Below, piece by piece: positions 43,272-64,000 of a stretch of 64,000 bases of DNA. Under the pieces are notes generated by a model. That model was not told the DNA's origin. It worked only from the letters and a program-made list of their open reading frames with translations, and did no database searches. Made by a program: the position numbers and the translations under genes. The DNA is taken from positions 7,130,001-7,194,000 of the forward strand of contig CM022678.1 in assembly GCA_012295275.1 (NCBI GenBank), written 5' to 3'. The DNA comes from Chrysomallon squamiferum (Eukaryota > Animalia > Mollusca). Within the stretch, counting starts at the first letter, position 1. Each line of letters begins with the position of its first letter.

Positions 43272-44768
43272 TTAACGTTGTCATTACGTGGCCAATGGTA
43301 TGAGCGTTCTAATAAATCCACGTGTGAATTCCGCTGTTGTGATGCTTCTAATTTAACTAGATAAAGATCAAAAGATGCGCTACTGCTCGGTGCGATGCTA
43401 TAAAATGCAATATTAAATTCAGCTTAAGAATACAATTATTTTTTTCTGTATTTATTTATTTTATTGCAACGATTTATTTCTAATAAGTTACTGTTGCATT
43501 TACTTTATAAAATTTATCCAATTTTCGTCAGCGTGTTTTCTGTTTATGCTCAATAACCTTTGTTTACAATATGGGCCAAGGATTTCACAGTTATTCGTTT
43601 CATACCTCAGACACTATAGCAGGTTAAATTCAGAATACATCTGGCTCATGCTTTTAATTTCATACGTCTCAGCTGGCCTGTTTTACTTTTGACTCGACAG
43701 TTTTTGATTTTATCAGATTTAATTGAGAGTAAAATCGTTTCCAGATGTCACCCAGTTTTAATCAGAATAAAAAATACTTGATTCATTTTTAGAATGAATG
43801 AAATATTTATTTAATTACACCTGAAAGAAACTTTGTTAGGCATGTCCCCCAAACAGAAAATGATGCAGAAAACACAACTTTGATGATTATTTCTTCAATA
43901 AGACATTTCTCTCTGAACCACTGCCAAAATCTTGAGGTTTTTTTTTTTGTTTTTTTTTAATGAATATCCAGATGAATAGTCTGAAATAAAAATAAAAATA
44001 CCCTGCATATCATTTAAAAAGATTTCAGTACATGCTTTTAATTGTTAAATGTTTGTAATTAAAGTGTAACAAAGTTGAGGAGAGATAGGAAATGTCCAGC
44101 AAGATCTCTTATAAGGAAAAAGCACATCCTCTGCTTTACAGGGACAGTCTTGATAGAAACTATTTTTAGTAAGAAAGCACATCCTGTTTTCAAAAATTAG
44201 GAACCAGTGAAGGATGAATCTTTACCACACAGGTTACTCTTGACAGCAGGATATTTTTTTTAATAATAAAAAAGAGCACATCATCTGTTTTTGATACACC
44301 AAAGCAATGAGCGTTGACTCAAAACAGAAAGTCACATGCAGAAACCAAGTCGAGAATGGATCCTTGAACCTATACTACTACTGTTGCCAGGCAACATTTC
44401 TACCAGTAAGTAACAAATACAACCATTCCAGATACCTCAGTAAAAACCTTTTTAACAGCAAGTTTTAAAAAAGAACAACAAAGAACGAAAACATTTCAAT
44501 ATTTTTAATCAGTGATTAGTAGTATATACTGCATCAAAAATATAAAATTATCAAAAATCAGCAATGTGGCAGAAACAAAAACAGTATATTGTAGCACAAA
44601 TATATCCACCAAAAATAATATTTTAAACAGCATTCTGACAGAGAAATTGTGTTAAAAATTGAATTAACTGTAAAACATGATCATAAATAAAATAAAATAT
44701 TAGGTGTATAGGCTAGAGAAAAGGATATCTAGAACAGATGCAAATGATAAATTGTAACACTTTATTAA

Positions 44769-45070
44769 CCCTTTTGAATCCCGAGCTACCAGAAAAATAT
44801 GTACCCTTCACCCAGTACTCCTCAGGCAAAATGGCGGTAAATTTGGAATATTCGTTTTCCATCTCTGCAACCTTTCCAGCTGAATATCAAATAAGCATGA
44901 AATTAACAACAAAATAACATGATGGTAAAAAATATTAAGCATTTGGGTATAAATATTTATTATTATTATGATGATGATGATGATGATGATTATTATTATT
45001 ATTATTATTATTATTTGCTTTGTTGTGTGTTTTTTTTAAATTAAATTTTAACTGCTAGGATTCAAAAGAG
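44769..45070. mobile_element. piggyBac-like MITE with TTAA target-site duplication
   Basis: TTAA|CCCTTTTGAATCC ... GGATTCAAAAGAG|TTAA. TIRs match 12/13, and TTAA flanks lie at 44765-44768 and 45071-45074. Confidence 0.75.
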
Positions 45071-45842
45071 TTAACATAATTAACATGACACAAAATAATA
45101 TTTATATTACTCAGCACATTTTTACATTAATGGTTATTTGGTCACAATCTTTCTATTTATAATTAAAATGCTGAAGACCATTAAAAAGACAAAAACAAAA
45201 AGCACACGGATTAACTGAAATTTACCTCAGCCAAGTATACTACAAGACATACACAGAACCATCAATTCCTAACATTAATTTTTTATTATTTATACAAAAA
45301 AGGAAAAAAAAAAAAAAAAAATTTTAATATTTATAAAAGAAAGGTCAACAAACTGTTACTATTATTATCTCATTTGATTACCGGTAGAAAAAAAAATCAT
45401 ATTAAAATTTGAAAAAACTGAACATTAATTTGTAATTATTTGTGAAATATGATTATATTTTAATTTGTTTATAAGAGCTGGATCAACAAGAATGATCACC
45501 CATGCATGAACAGTGAGGCATAAACTCTGTTCAAAATTAAATTTGGTATATATTTTATTACCTTGTGATTGTTTATGAAATATTGTCAATTTTAATGTTT
45601 ACCAAATATGGTCCTAATTATAAATGTGACTAATAAATGTATTTTAAATGGTTTACCACCAAATGGGATGGAAAGTGCTACCAACCAGCTGTGTTAGTAT
45701 TACAGTAAGAAAAGTCATTTTTAACATCAAGATAAAACCATCTCTCTCTGTCTCTCTCTATCTCTCAATCAATCTCTCTCTCTGTCTCTCTCAGTCTCAA
45801 GTTCTCTCTTTCTCCCTTTCCTCTGTGTCTCTCAGTGACTGT

Positions 45843-45931
<89 letters not shown>

Positions 45932-45951
45932 AATTTCTCTTTCTCTCTCTG

Positions 45952-46033
45952 TTAAAATGATTAATAACAGCTGTCATAAAACTATTAAATTCCATCCTGA
46001 AAGACATTTTCAACCTAAGCACCAATGAAAAAA

Positions 46034-46088
<55 letters not shown>

Positions 46089-46305
46089 GTAAGTGAAGGT
46101 AATGATTTTATATGAAAAACTGTTAAGCTGATTTGATTCACTAGAGGGACTGATAAATACACATTTCAAAACAAACATAAAATCAATGTTATAAAATGTG
46201 ATGTACCAGAAAGGAAATACTGATATGTAAATAAAACATTTAAAAAAACCCCAAACATTTGGGTAAAGTGAATTGGTGCTTTGGTATGAGCAAATAACAA
46301 GAAAT
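45952..46305 (+). repeat. Dispersed repeat copy B, homologous to 19017-19345
   Basis: Same conserved blocks as copy A; both copies follow CT-rich tracts. Confidence 0.85.
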
Positions 46306-48340
46306 TTCCTAAGTAAATAAAATTGTTTAACATAGAAATTATTATTTAAAAAAATACAATAAAAAAAAAAAAAAAAGAAGATAAATACCCCCCCCCAGTG
46401 CCAACCTAATAAAGAAAAAAGCATCCTGGTATTAAAACACATCTTGCCAGTTTTATAAAATAGATATTATACACATAAACAAAACATCACAATTATTACA
46501 TCTCAGAATTCATTATTATTATTATTAAATAATTTAAACAACAGATCCATGTTTAATATGACAATATTTATACATATACATAATAAAATAAAAATGCTAA
46601 TTGAGAAAAAGTTTAATATCTTTCTGCCTGTAATTATAAATTTAGATAAAAACCATTATTTGTAAAAATTTTAAAATGAAAAATAAATGTATATATTTAT
46701 GAATATATATATATATATATGAATATATCTTGTCAAGTAACTAACCATAATTTTTTTACATAGTTGTGTATAAGTGTACATCTGCATGTATGTGTGTGTG
46801 TGTGGGTGCACTTATTTGTGTATATGTATGTGTGAGTATACATTTGCATGCATATGTATGTGTGTGTACACAAAATTTGTCACCAATTTAATAAAACAAA
46901 TGTATTCAAGATTTTGGTAAACATTATATCCAATATAACTGTCTTTTGCCTTGTACAGAGATGATGAAAAAGAAAGAAAGAACAAGAAAGGCACCACAAA
47001 AAACATAAGTTATCACACACAGAGTATATAACATCTTATTTACATACTTTATCACTCAAAGCATTCACTATTCATATTTAAAATAGATATCTACAGACTG
47101 AAGTTTTCTTATCATTAGTTGAAAAGGTCCAAAATCTAAATATTTATTTTGTCCAGCCAAGAAATTCCAAAATTTGAAAAGGTCCAAAATCTAAACATTG
47201 TTTTTTTTCCAGCCAAGACAGTGATACAGTTTTCCAAAGTTGAAGTGTCCACACTTTTTATTATTGAACAAAATTATTTAAAATAAAAATGTTTGCAGAC
47301 TGTGTCCATAGAAATATAAAAGTTTCTCAGGCTATGATGTTGTGTTCCAAAATCTTAATATTTTTGAATTGTGAATCACTTTTAGTCCCAAGCATTTCAG
47401 ATTAGGCAATCTTCAACCTATACCTCTTTAGAGCACAATTCTTGTAAATACATACACACTCATGTGTAATAAAAAGATAGAGAAAAGGAAAGACAGAGAA
47501 AGAGGGAGAGACAGAGAGAGAAATTGGATGAATTAATGTTTAACGTGATGTATTGATGAACAGAGAAAACAATGGAAAGTTTTTTCAGTCACTGAATATC
47601 AAAGGGTCTATTCATTGCATTTACTGAACAACCCAGCATATTATTATTACTATAAGCAAATTTTGGCTAATAGTTACAGTCAACTCTCATTATTACAGCA
47701 TCCATTACAACAAACACATTTTGTCACATTTTTACTTTCAGTGTTAATTGTACAGAAATTTTCGAGTTCACACAACACTGGCAGCCATTTTTATGGTGGA
47801 GAAAAATAAAACTCGGCCAGTTCCCAAATATTCTGACATTTTGTTTGATCTTCATTATAACACAAAGAATAACTGAACATATTTAAGGCACATTATGTCA
47901 TCCTAGTTAGTCAGATTATGCTGACAGTTAACCATCAGTTTACAGTCTTTCAGCTTCATTCTGATTATGCAGCTGATGTCTGACTTAAGATGACTACATT
48001 TTGTTGATTATACACAAATGTGACTATAAATGTTGTTCAGACATGCACTGATTTTTTTTGTGGTTAGGATGCAATAAAAAATATATTTATGAAATCATTT
48101 TATACAAACAAACTCTTTATACTGGCAAAATTAGGACATCAGAAACATGGCCATAGTAATGAGAGCTGATTGTAGAATTAAAATAATAACTAGATATGTA
48201 TACAAAATATATTTAGATTATTTTTATATACCACGAATGGTAATGGTACAATTTTTGAATTTTATACGTAATAACAGAGAAATTACAATATCACAGGTGC
48301 ATAATTTCAAATATTAATAATCAGATTAAAAACAACTTCC

Positions 48341-48944
48341 TTAACAGCACTTTTTAGAGTTTTCTCCCTTAGTTGACTCGTACAAATCTACCGTTCCGGA
48401 ATTGTGCAGATTTTTTTTCTGGGCGTCGGTTAAAGGCAGGCAGTGCTGAAAAACAAACTCGAAAACCTCTTGAACGTTGTGTCCATTTAAACTTGACGTT
48501 TCGAAATATGGTGCTCGCGAAAGTTTACTGACGTCGATATGTTCGTTCAGTTCTAAAGATAATTTCTTGCCTTCCTCAGCTAAAATTTCGCGGCTTTCTG
48601 GAGTTACCAAGTCCAGTTTTGTTCCCACGACAACCACAAGACAGTCTTTGTTGGCAGATCCTAGAAGTGGAGTAAAGCGAGCCCTATAGAAAATAAAAAA
48701 GAAGAAAAATAAATAATTTTTTTTTACAATAATAATATCAGTATTGGAATGAAATGTAAAAATAAAGTAAATGCATTTTATTATAACAGTAACACTGGTA
48801 TTGAAATGAAATGTGGGGTTTGGTTGTTACTGGTATAATGTTTATATAATACCTTTGTTACTGTTTTAGAATAAAAGTTGTTTATAAATCAAAACTGCAG
48901 TACATATAATCACTGTAATTATTGTTAGCATTAAACACACTGAA

Positions 48945-48985
<41 letters not shown>

Positions 48986-49744
48986 TAAATAAATAAAACA
49001 TTTTTAAAAATAAGAAAAAAAATTTAAATAAGAAATCAAAATGTAAGAAAAGGAAAAAACACAAACACACACAAAATAAAAATAAAAATAATATTAAATA
49101 ATCTAAAATATATTTTAGGAGAAAAAAGACCAGAAATTTTCAAACATAATCTCCATATTTTTCACTTAATACACTGATCCTATACAATCTGAAACTGACA
49201 TCTGACAAGTATATTAAACCTTTCCAATATATAAAACAACCATAAAACAGCTTCTGATTTTTCAAATAATTGCTTGAATAATGGAATCACAGCAGGCCTG
49301 TAACAAACATCAAATCAACAGCTTCTCTATAATTCAAAATTAATTCGGTATGAACAGATAATACCATGAAGCATAATTATAGGTGTGATGAAAACATGGC
49401 ACAACACATGACAAATACAGTTGTAAGTTTATAACTCAGTATACTGTTATTTCTGAAGTAGAAGTCAAAACTGGAGTTATTTTGGTGGGAGAGGGTCAGA
49501 GCTGAAACAGATGTAAATTATATAGATGTGACAGAGGTCAGCTATGGAAAACTGGCAAGATTGACATGATCTGATGAAGCTCAGGTATAGAAAAAATGTT
49601 TCAGGTTGAGACTGACTTACATATGCTGTTTAACTGATGCTGATACAGAATAATGTTAATAAATAAAAGAGCTAAAATTGATAAAAGCCACCATCTAAAT
49701 GTTAGAGGGGCTTATTGCAGAGATAGTCTTCACACACAACACAC

Positions 49745-49791
<47 letters not shown>

Positions 49792-51833
49792 ATACATACA
49801 CACATGTTGAAATGCCTTGATTTCCTGACTTGTCGCATTAATTTACAAATTGCTGAAGTTCAAAAAGGTTAAAAATGTCACAAAAAGGTAAATTAAAAAG
49901 GAAAGAGGCAGGCTTATTTGTTTTGAGAAATGAAATAAATTAAACGTACCACAATGATTCAAATGTCTTCACGTTGTTTATATCAAATGCTAAAATAGCA
50001 ACTCCGGCATTTCGACAGTAGAAGTTGGAGAGTCCAGTGTATCGTTCATCACCAGCTGTATCCTGAAGAGAAAAAAAATAACAATAAAATAAATAAAAAA
50101 ACAACCAGTTTAAAGTATTGCATAATAACAGATTAAACAAATAATCTGTACCTAATGTTAACAGTTCAAGGACGAAGTAAGAAACGAAACCATTTTATGA
50201 AGTTATTATAATATACACAACTAAATTACAAGTTTGTAGCTGGTTAAATAAAGTTTAATTCTTGTGAATTAAATAATTAAAAAATTATTATGCATAACCT
50301 GCACTAAAATACATTTAAACATAACATTATTTTTTAAATATTATAATTATTATAATGCACAAATGGGTGTTGAAATGTCATTATAACATTAACAGACATT
50401 TCAATATATCAAGACTAACATTATTTCAAACTGAATATTATCATTTTTTTTTTTTGCTTTTTTTTGACAAATGGAAAAAAGAACAAAATCATGCTGAATT
50501 AATAAACTGAAATATTCCTCATTTGTCAATATTAAACAGTGTGATACAACAAAGCTTACCCATAATGCAGTATAATATTGTATATCGTTACTCATAATCA
50601 CATGTTGCAAAAATGTTTTTCATAATATATTGTAACAATAGCCCTTCATAGGTAAAACTTGAACAGTTTGAATATTATACTTTATTATATTAAAATATGC
50701 ATGACAAAAATGCCATACTAAGTAATAAAGCTTAGATATACTAAAAACTTACCCAAACTGCAATATTATATGGACCCCATTGTTTAAGAAAGAATGCAGC
50801 ACCAACAGTCTAAAATGAAAATTATATAAATCACACTTTTGGGTAAACAAAAACTATTTTTCTAAATAAATAAATAAAATGAAATATTTCAAGATTTAAT
50901 AAACTTAATTAATCTTTCAAACTAAAAGTTTTAAAACAGTAATCAAGTGCTTACTATTGCATAATTCCTATTTTTATTATTGTATAATTTGTATTTTTGT
51001 CTTTGCAGACACTTTCTGTTAAACTGTACTATTGTTGTTGCTACATAATCCTTTAATACATATCTATATGATTGATGAATGGATGAAGATTCTACAGAGT
51101 CAGAGAGACAGATTAATGGACAGAATTACTTACAGGTTCCTGAGATTTAAATTTGCCTTCTATATATCTGCAGATGAAAGAGGTTTTACCTACAGCATAA
51201 TCTCCCATTATTATCACTTTCAGATCGCTGAAATAATAAATGACACAATATGTCATACTGAATAATGAATAATAATTATATTATTAACCAAACAGTACTA
51301 AATGAAAATAAAATAAAGAAAGAAAAGATAAAATAAATAATTCTGTTTGTAAAATTAAGTGTATTAAAACTAGGATGTCTTAAAAATAAATAAATAAATA
51401 AAAATAAATCCATGAATTAAACAAATCTTTCAAGACATCTAAAAAGAAAGCTTTATAATATATATATATATATATACACACATACATAGATAGATAGATA
51501 GATATAAACTATATATAATTTATATACTTTTTCTCAGGACAAGACAGCATAAACAGTAAGATTTTACAAATTCGTCTAGTTGCTTTAATTCTTTGGAATG
51601 GATATTAGAAGATAGATAAAACACGTGTAAAAATGACATATTGTTTAAAATTCAATCAGTCGAATACAAATCAATAATCTTTATTGTTGCAGCAATGTTT
51701 ACTTGAGTAGGCCTATTACTCAGAGTCACTGTCGGTGTCACAATAAAATCACATGACATCTAATATGATCTATCGATAGGTGAAATTAATTTTTCTGTGA
51801 AATTAACACTTACGCTTTCCTCTTTGTTGACAT
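48341..51833 (-). CDS. RAB20: Rab-family small GTPase, Rab20-like, 208 aa
   Basis: Minus-strand exons: 51814-51833, 51134-51227, 50753-50809, 49950-50062, 48341-48683. Motifs: G1 GDYAVGKT, TVGAAFFLKQWGPYNIAVWDTAGDE (short interswitch typical of Rab20), G4 TKLD, G5 ETSS, and a C-terminal CC prenylation motif. Exact orthology (Rab20 versus a Rab24-related paralog) needs phylogeny. Confidence 0.8.
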
Positions 51834-52450
51834 TTCTGATGTTATATTACACCACGCAGCATTTATAAACAAAGTAGTTTTATTACTATTATTATCTGTT
51901 ATAGCTTCTTAATAATTTAACAATCGTCTGGTTAATAAACTTTAACTTCCTCTACTTGAACCAATTTTTAAACGTTTGCTACGCTTATTTCGTTTCGTTT
52001 GTTGACAAAATACTAACTTTGAAAAAAAAATCAAGAAAGAAAGAAAGGGTTGCATGCATTTTAAAATTTAACATTCCCATATTTTAATATTTTTGTTTTT
52101 GAAAATGCAAGTTTACAAGTTTAAAAATTATTACCCGAAAATACTGAAAATATTTAAGTGTAAAAAAAAAGTTTGTTTTTTAATTAATTATAATATTTGA
52201 CATCAACCACTAATTAGTCAAATTTAAAAAAAAAAAGAAGAAATTAACCAAAAGAAATGTTTATGGCACAAGATTAATTAACTATATATGCAAAAATTAT
52301 TTTGCATTAACTATTCATTTTATCACCAGCGTAAGAACTTTAGTACAGTATATAATAATTACGAAAGAGTTGGTTTCTTGAAAAACTTTGGCCTATATTT
52401 TTGGCTTAATTCTGTATATCGAGCTAACCGAAAAAGGAATGAGTAGGGAA

Positions 52451-52474
52451 TGGACTTTGTCAGGTAACAGGTGA
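52451..52474. promoter_or_regulatory. HNF4-type motif (TGGACTTTG) followed by a DR1-like element (AGGTAA-C-AGGTGA)
   Basis: TGGACTTTG (52451-52459) is the reverse complement of the HNF4 motif CAAAGTCCA. The DR1-like element is at 52462-52474. Both lie 55-78 bp upstream of the ACOX1 ATG in the divergent Rab/ACOX1 spacer. Confidence 0.5.
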
Positions 52475-52528
52475 CTGGAGACATTTACTTTTGTCATTTA
52501 TCACACGTATTGGGTGTCGTAGTTTACA

Positions 52529-61549
<9,021 letters not shown>

Positions 61550-64000
61550 AAAATGTCTTTCCACTTTCAGATTTGCAATAGATATTTATTACATTGGATT
61601 GGTGAAAATTTAATATCCTTAAGAAAAAAAGAAAAAAAATTAATATACGGATTTTAGTTTGAAAAATATTCTGCAACTGATTTTTGTTAATTTGTTAGTC
61701 TGTTATTATTATATAAAAATTTATTTTTGTATACAGAAGAAGGGAATTTGTTTCAGAAGTCGATTTGTGAAAAATTTAATTATTATTACGTTATATTTTT
61801 ATATTTTTATACAGTAGAATCAGAATTTGTATTAGAAATTGGTGTAGGTGAATTTTTTTTTTTTATCAATTATGGATGGTGTTATTTGAAATAAATTGTC
61901 TGTTGTGAGATCTAAGAAAAATTTTTGAAATGATTTGTGTGTGTAAAGAAGTTTAATTCAGATTTTTGAAATGAAGAGAATTTTATAGTCCTATCACATA
62001 ATATCTTCAAACTTACCGATTTTTCTTTCATATTGTACATGTATATCTTTTTGATAATTTTATAAATTGTTTAAAAAATGTGGATAGTTTGTAAAATCTA
62101 TTTGCATTCAGATTATAAAAGAGATCAATAATAATAATATAATAATTAATATTTAGAATTAGTATTCCTGTTTCGCTGTAAGGTCAATATTAATATCCAG
62201 GTTTAACTGTAATGGTCCATTTTTTTTTAAACTCCAAAAAATGTAAGGTCTGTTTACAAGCTGAGATGTAACTGTAAAGATTAATTTTTAGATACAGACT
62301 TAACTGCAAAAGGCTTTATTTTTTAAAATATTATATTCCTTTTTTTTAAAATTAGTATTTAAGTTTAAAAACAGATTTATGACAAGATTGTGCAAATTTA
62401 AACCATGAACTTAGTTCAAAATTAAAGAAGCAAAAAACATCCCATTTGTTCACTATTACCAGTATTATTTTTAGCTTTATATTTACAACATATTTATTAT
62501 AGAATATTTCAATAGGAACTTTTTTTTTTTTTTTTTTTTTTAATAAGAATTGTAACCGAATTTTATATACGTGTATAGTTAACTGATTTATTTTGTATGA
62601 AATATTTAAAAAGTATTTATCAAACCACCAAATCAACCATGGATCCAGATAAATGGTGTGTATATATTGATCCACTTGCTACAAAAAAAAAAAACAACAA
62701 CCAACACTTTATTTTTGTTCAGTTTTACGCTTTGTATTTGAAAATGATAAATAGCATTCCACGTTAGATTGGTTGTAAGTGGTTTGAAATTTAGTTTGTG
62801 AGTATGTAAAATATTAATCCAAAAAGCTTGGGACTGGAGTAATCCCAGATTTCTGGATTTTCTAGTTTTCTGGACCAAGTGTAATATTTATATTATATTC
62901 TTAATATAAACAATAAAATAATGAAAAATAAAGAAAGTGGATTTGGCACAAATTAGCACATCCAAAACTTGTTTTTTTTTATGATTCTAGAAGTCAGATT
63001 AATGGTCTGGTACCTGTATGTAGCTCATATACGCACACACACACGTATGCATGCATGCACACACTCGCACACATATTCACTAAAGCATACTATGATTATA
63101 TCTCTTAAACATGTTTCAGGGAAAACCCCAATTTGACACTTTTGGAATAATTTACAATCATTTAAGACAAAAATTATATTTTTAAAAACATTTAAGTTTA
63201 TATAGTTTCTACATCTCTTTTTTTCATATTTAGATTTTTTTTAATTTTCCATTTATAATGAATGAATCTGTACCAGTTAATTTCGTGTCTCTATTTATTT
63301 TATTTGAGAAATCTAAACAGATGATCCTGGACATTGTTGTGTATTGTTGGTTGGGTTGAGTTATTTGTGTTGTTAAATATGGTTAGAATATATATATATT
63401 TTTTTTTTACAAATGTAATGTTTGTAAATTATGCTGAACTGAAGGAACTGTTAGTTGACTAACATTCTGTGCTGTTTATGATGTGATAAAAAAAAAATAA
63501 TAAATTTGAGAGAGAACAGATGTTTCTAAAATTAATGCAGTTTTCCTTGTTTTTGTTTCATTTTGAAATACATGTATATAAACCTACTTGAATTTATTAT
63601 TTATATTATTAATAATTTATTTATTTTAAATGTTTTATTTCATTTCTTTATTTTTTTTATTATTATTATTTTTTTTTTTAAATGAAGATATATCAAGTTA
63701 TAAATAAAACAGCTTGTTTAAGTCTATAGGACTTTTAAACAATTTCTTTTCTGTATACATATATATTCACAGGCCCTATAGAAATTCTACAAATATACAG
63801 ACCAAGACAAAATATATTTAAAAATACTTTATTGTATAAATTATAAAACGTATATATCAACAAAGATTATAAAGGAGCTTGTATTAAATGTATAGTTTTT
63901 GAACAACATTTAAATTTTTCTTTTACAAACAATGTTTTATAATCTAGCAAAGACAGCTAAACCTGTGGAAAATTGTTTGAATATCATTTCTTTAGTTTAA

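Noticed and set aside
19017-46305. The repeat pair 19017-19345 / 45952-46305 as the breakpoint relic of the PDIA6 duplication
   Set aside because: The copies are in direct orientation whereas the genes are inverted, and they sit at non-equivalent positions (intron 2 versus upstream). An interspersed repeat is the simpler explanation.
61550-64000. Additional genes or RNA genes after ACOX1
   Set aside because: Only AT-rich 3'UTR or intergenic sequence is visible; ORFs 62352-62878 are low-complexity with no splice-supported coding signal, and I recognised no tRNA or rRNA structure.

Overview
AT-rich, microsatellite-dense animal genomic DNA (invertebrate, plausibly a mollusc; taxon is inference) with spliceosomal GT-AG introns. 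Most of the supplied ORF track is microsatellite noise. I reassembled six multi-exon genes by hand, each with consistent splice phases and no internal stops. (1) An uncharacterised gene of at least 16 exons on the minus strand (14507 to <1, at least 614 aa). (2) A 156-aa single thioredoxin-fold gene with a putative signal peptide (+, 16099-21228). Its exon layout copies PDIA6 exons 1-5 but the CGHC active site is gone. (3) FAM8A1 (+, 24136-28016). (4) PDIA6 (-, 43152-34010), with a perfect ERSE upstream. (5) A Rab20-like GTPase (-, 51833-48341), head-to-head with (6) peroxisomal ACOX1 (+, 52529-61549, ending SKL). The two most striking items are the cysteine-free PDIA6-derived paralog and an array at 6243-8676. 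In that array the 3' end of a real exon plus its 5' splice site is repeated 11 more times between (TG)n tracts, and each copy holds a potential in-frame 51-nt microexon. Several TIR MITEs (two piggyBac-like), minisatellites and a dispersed repeat pair are also present. All calls come from reading the sequence; no database search or transcript evidence was available.
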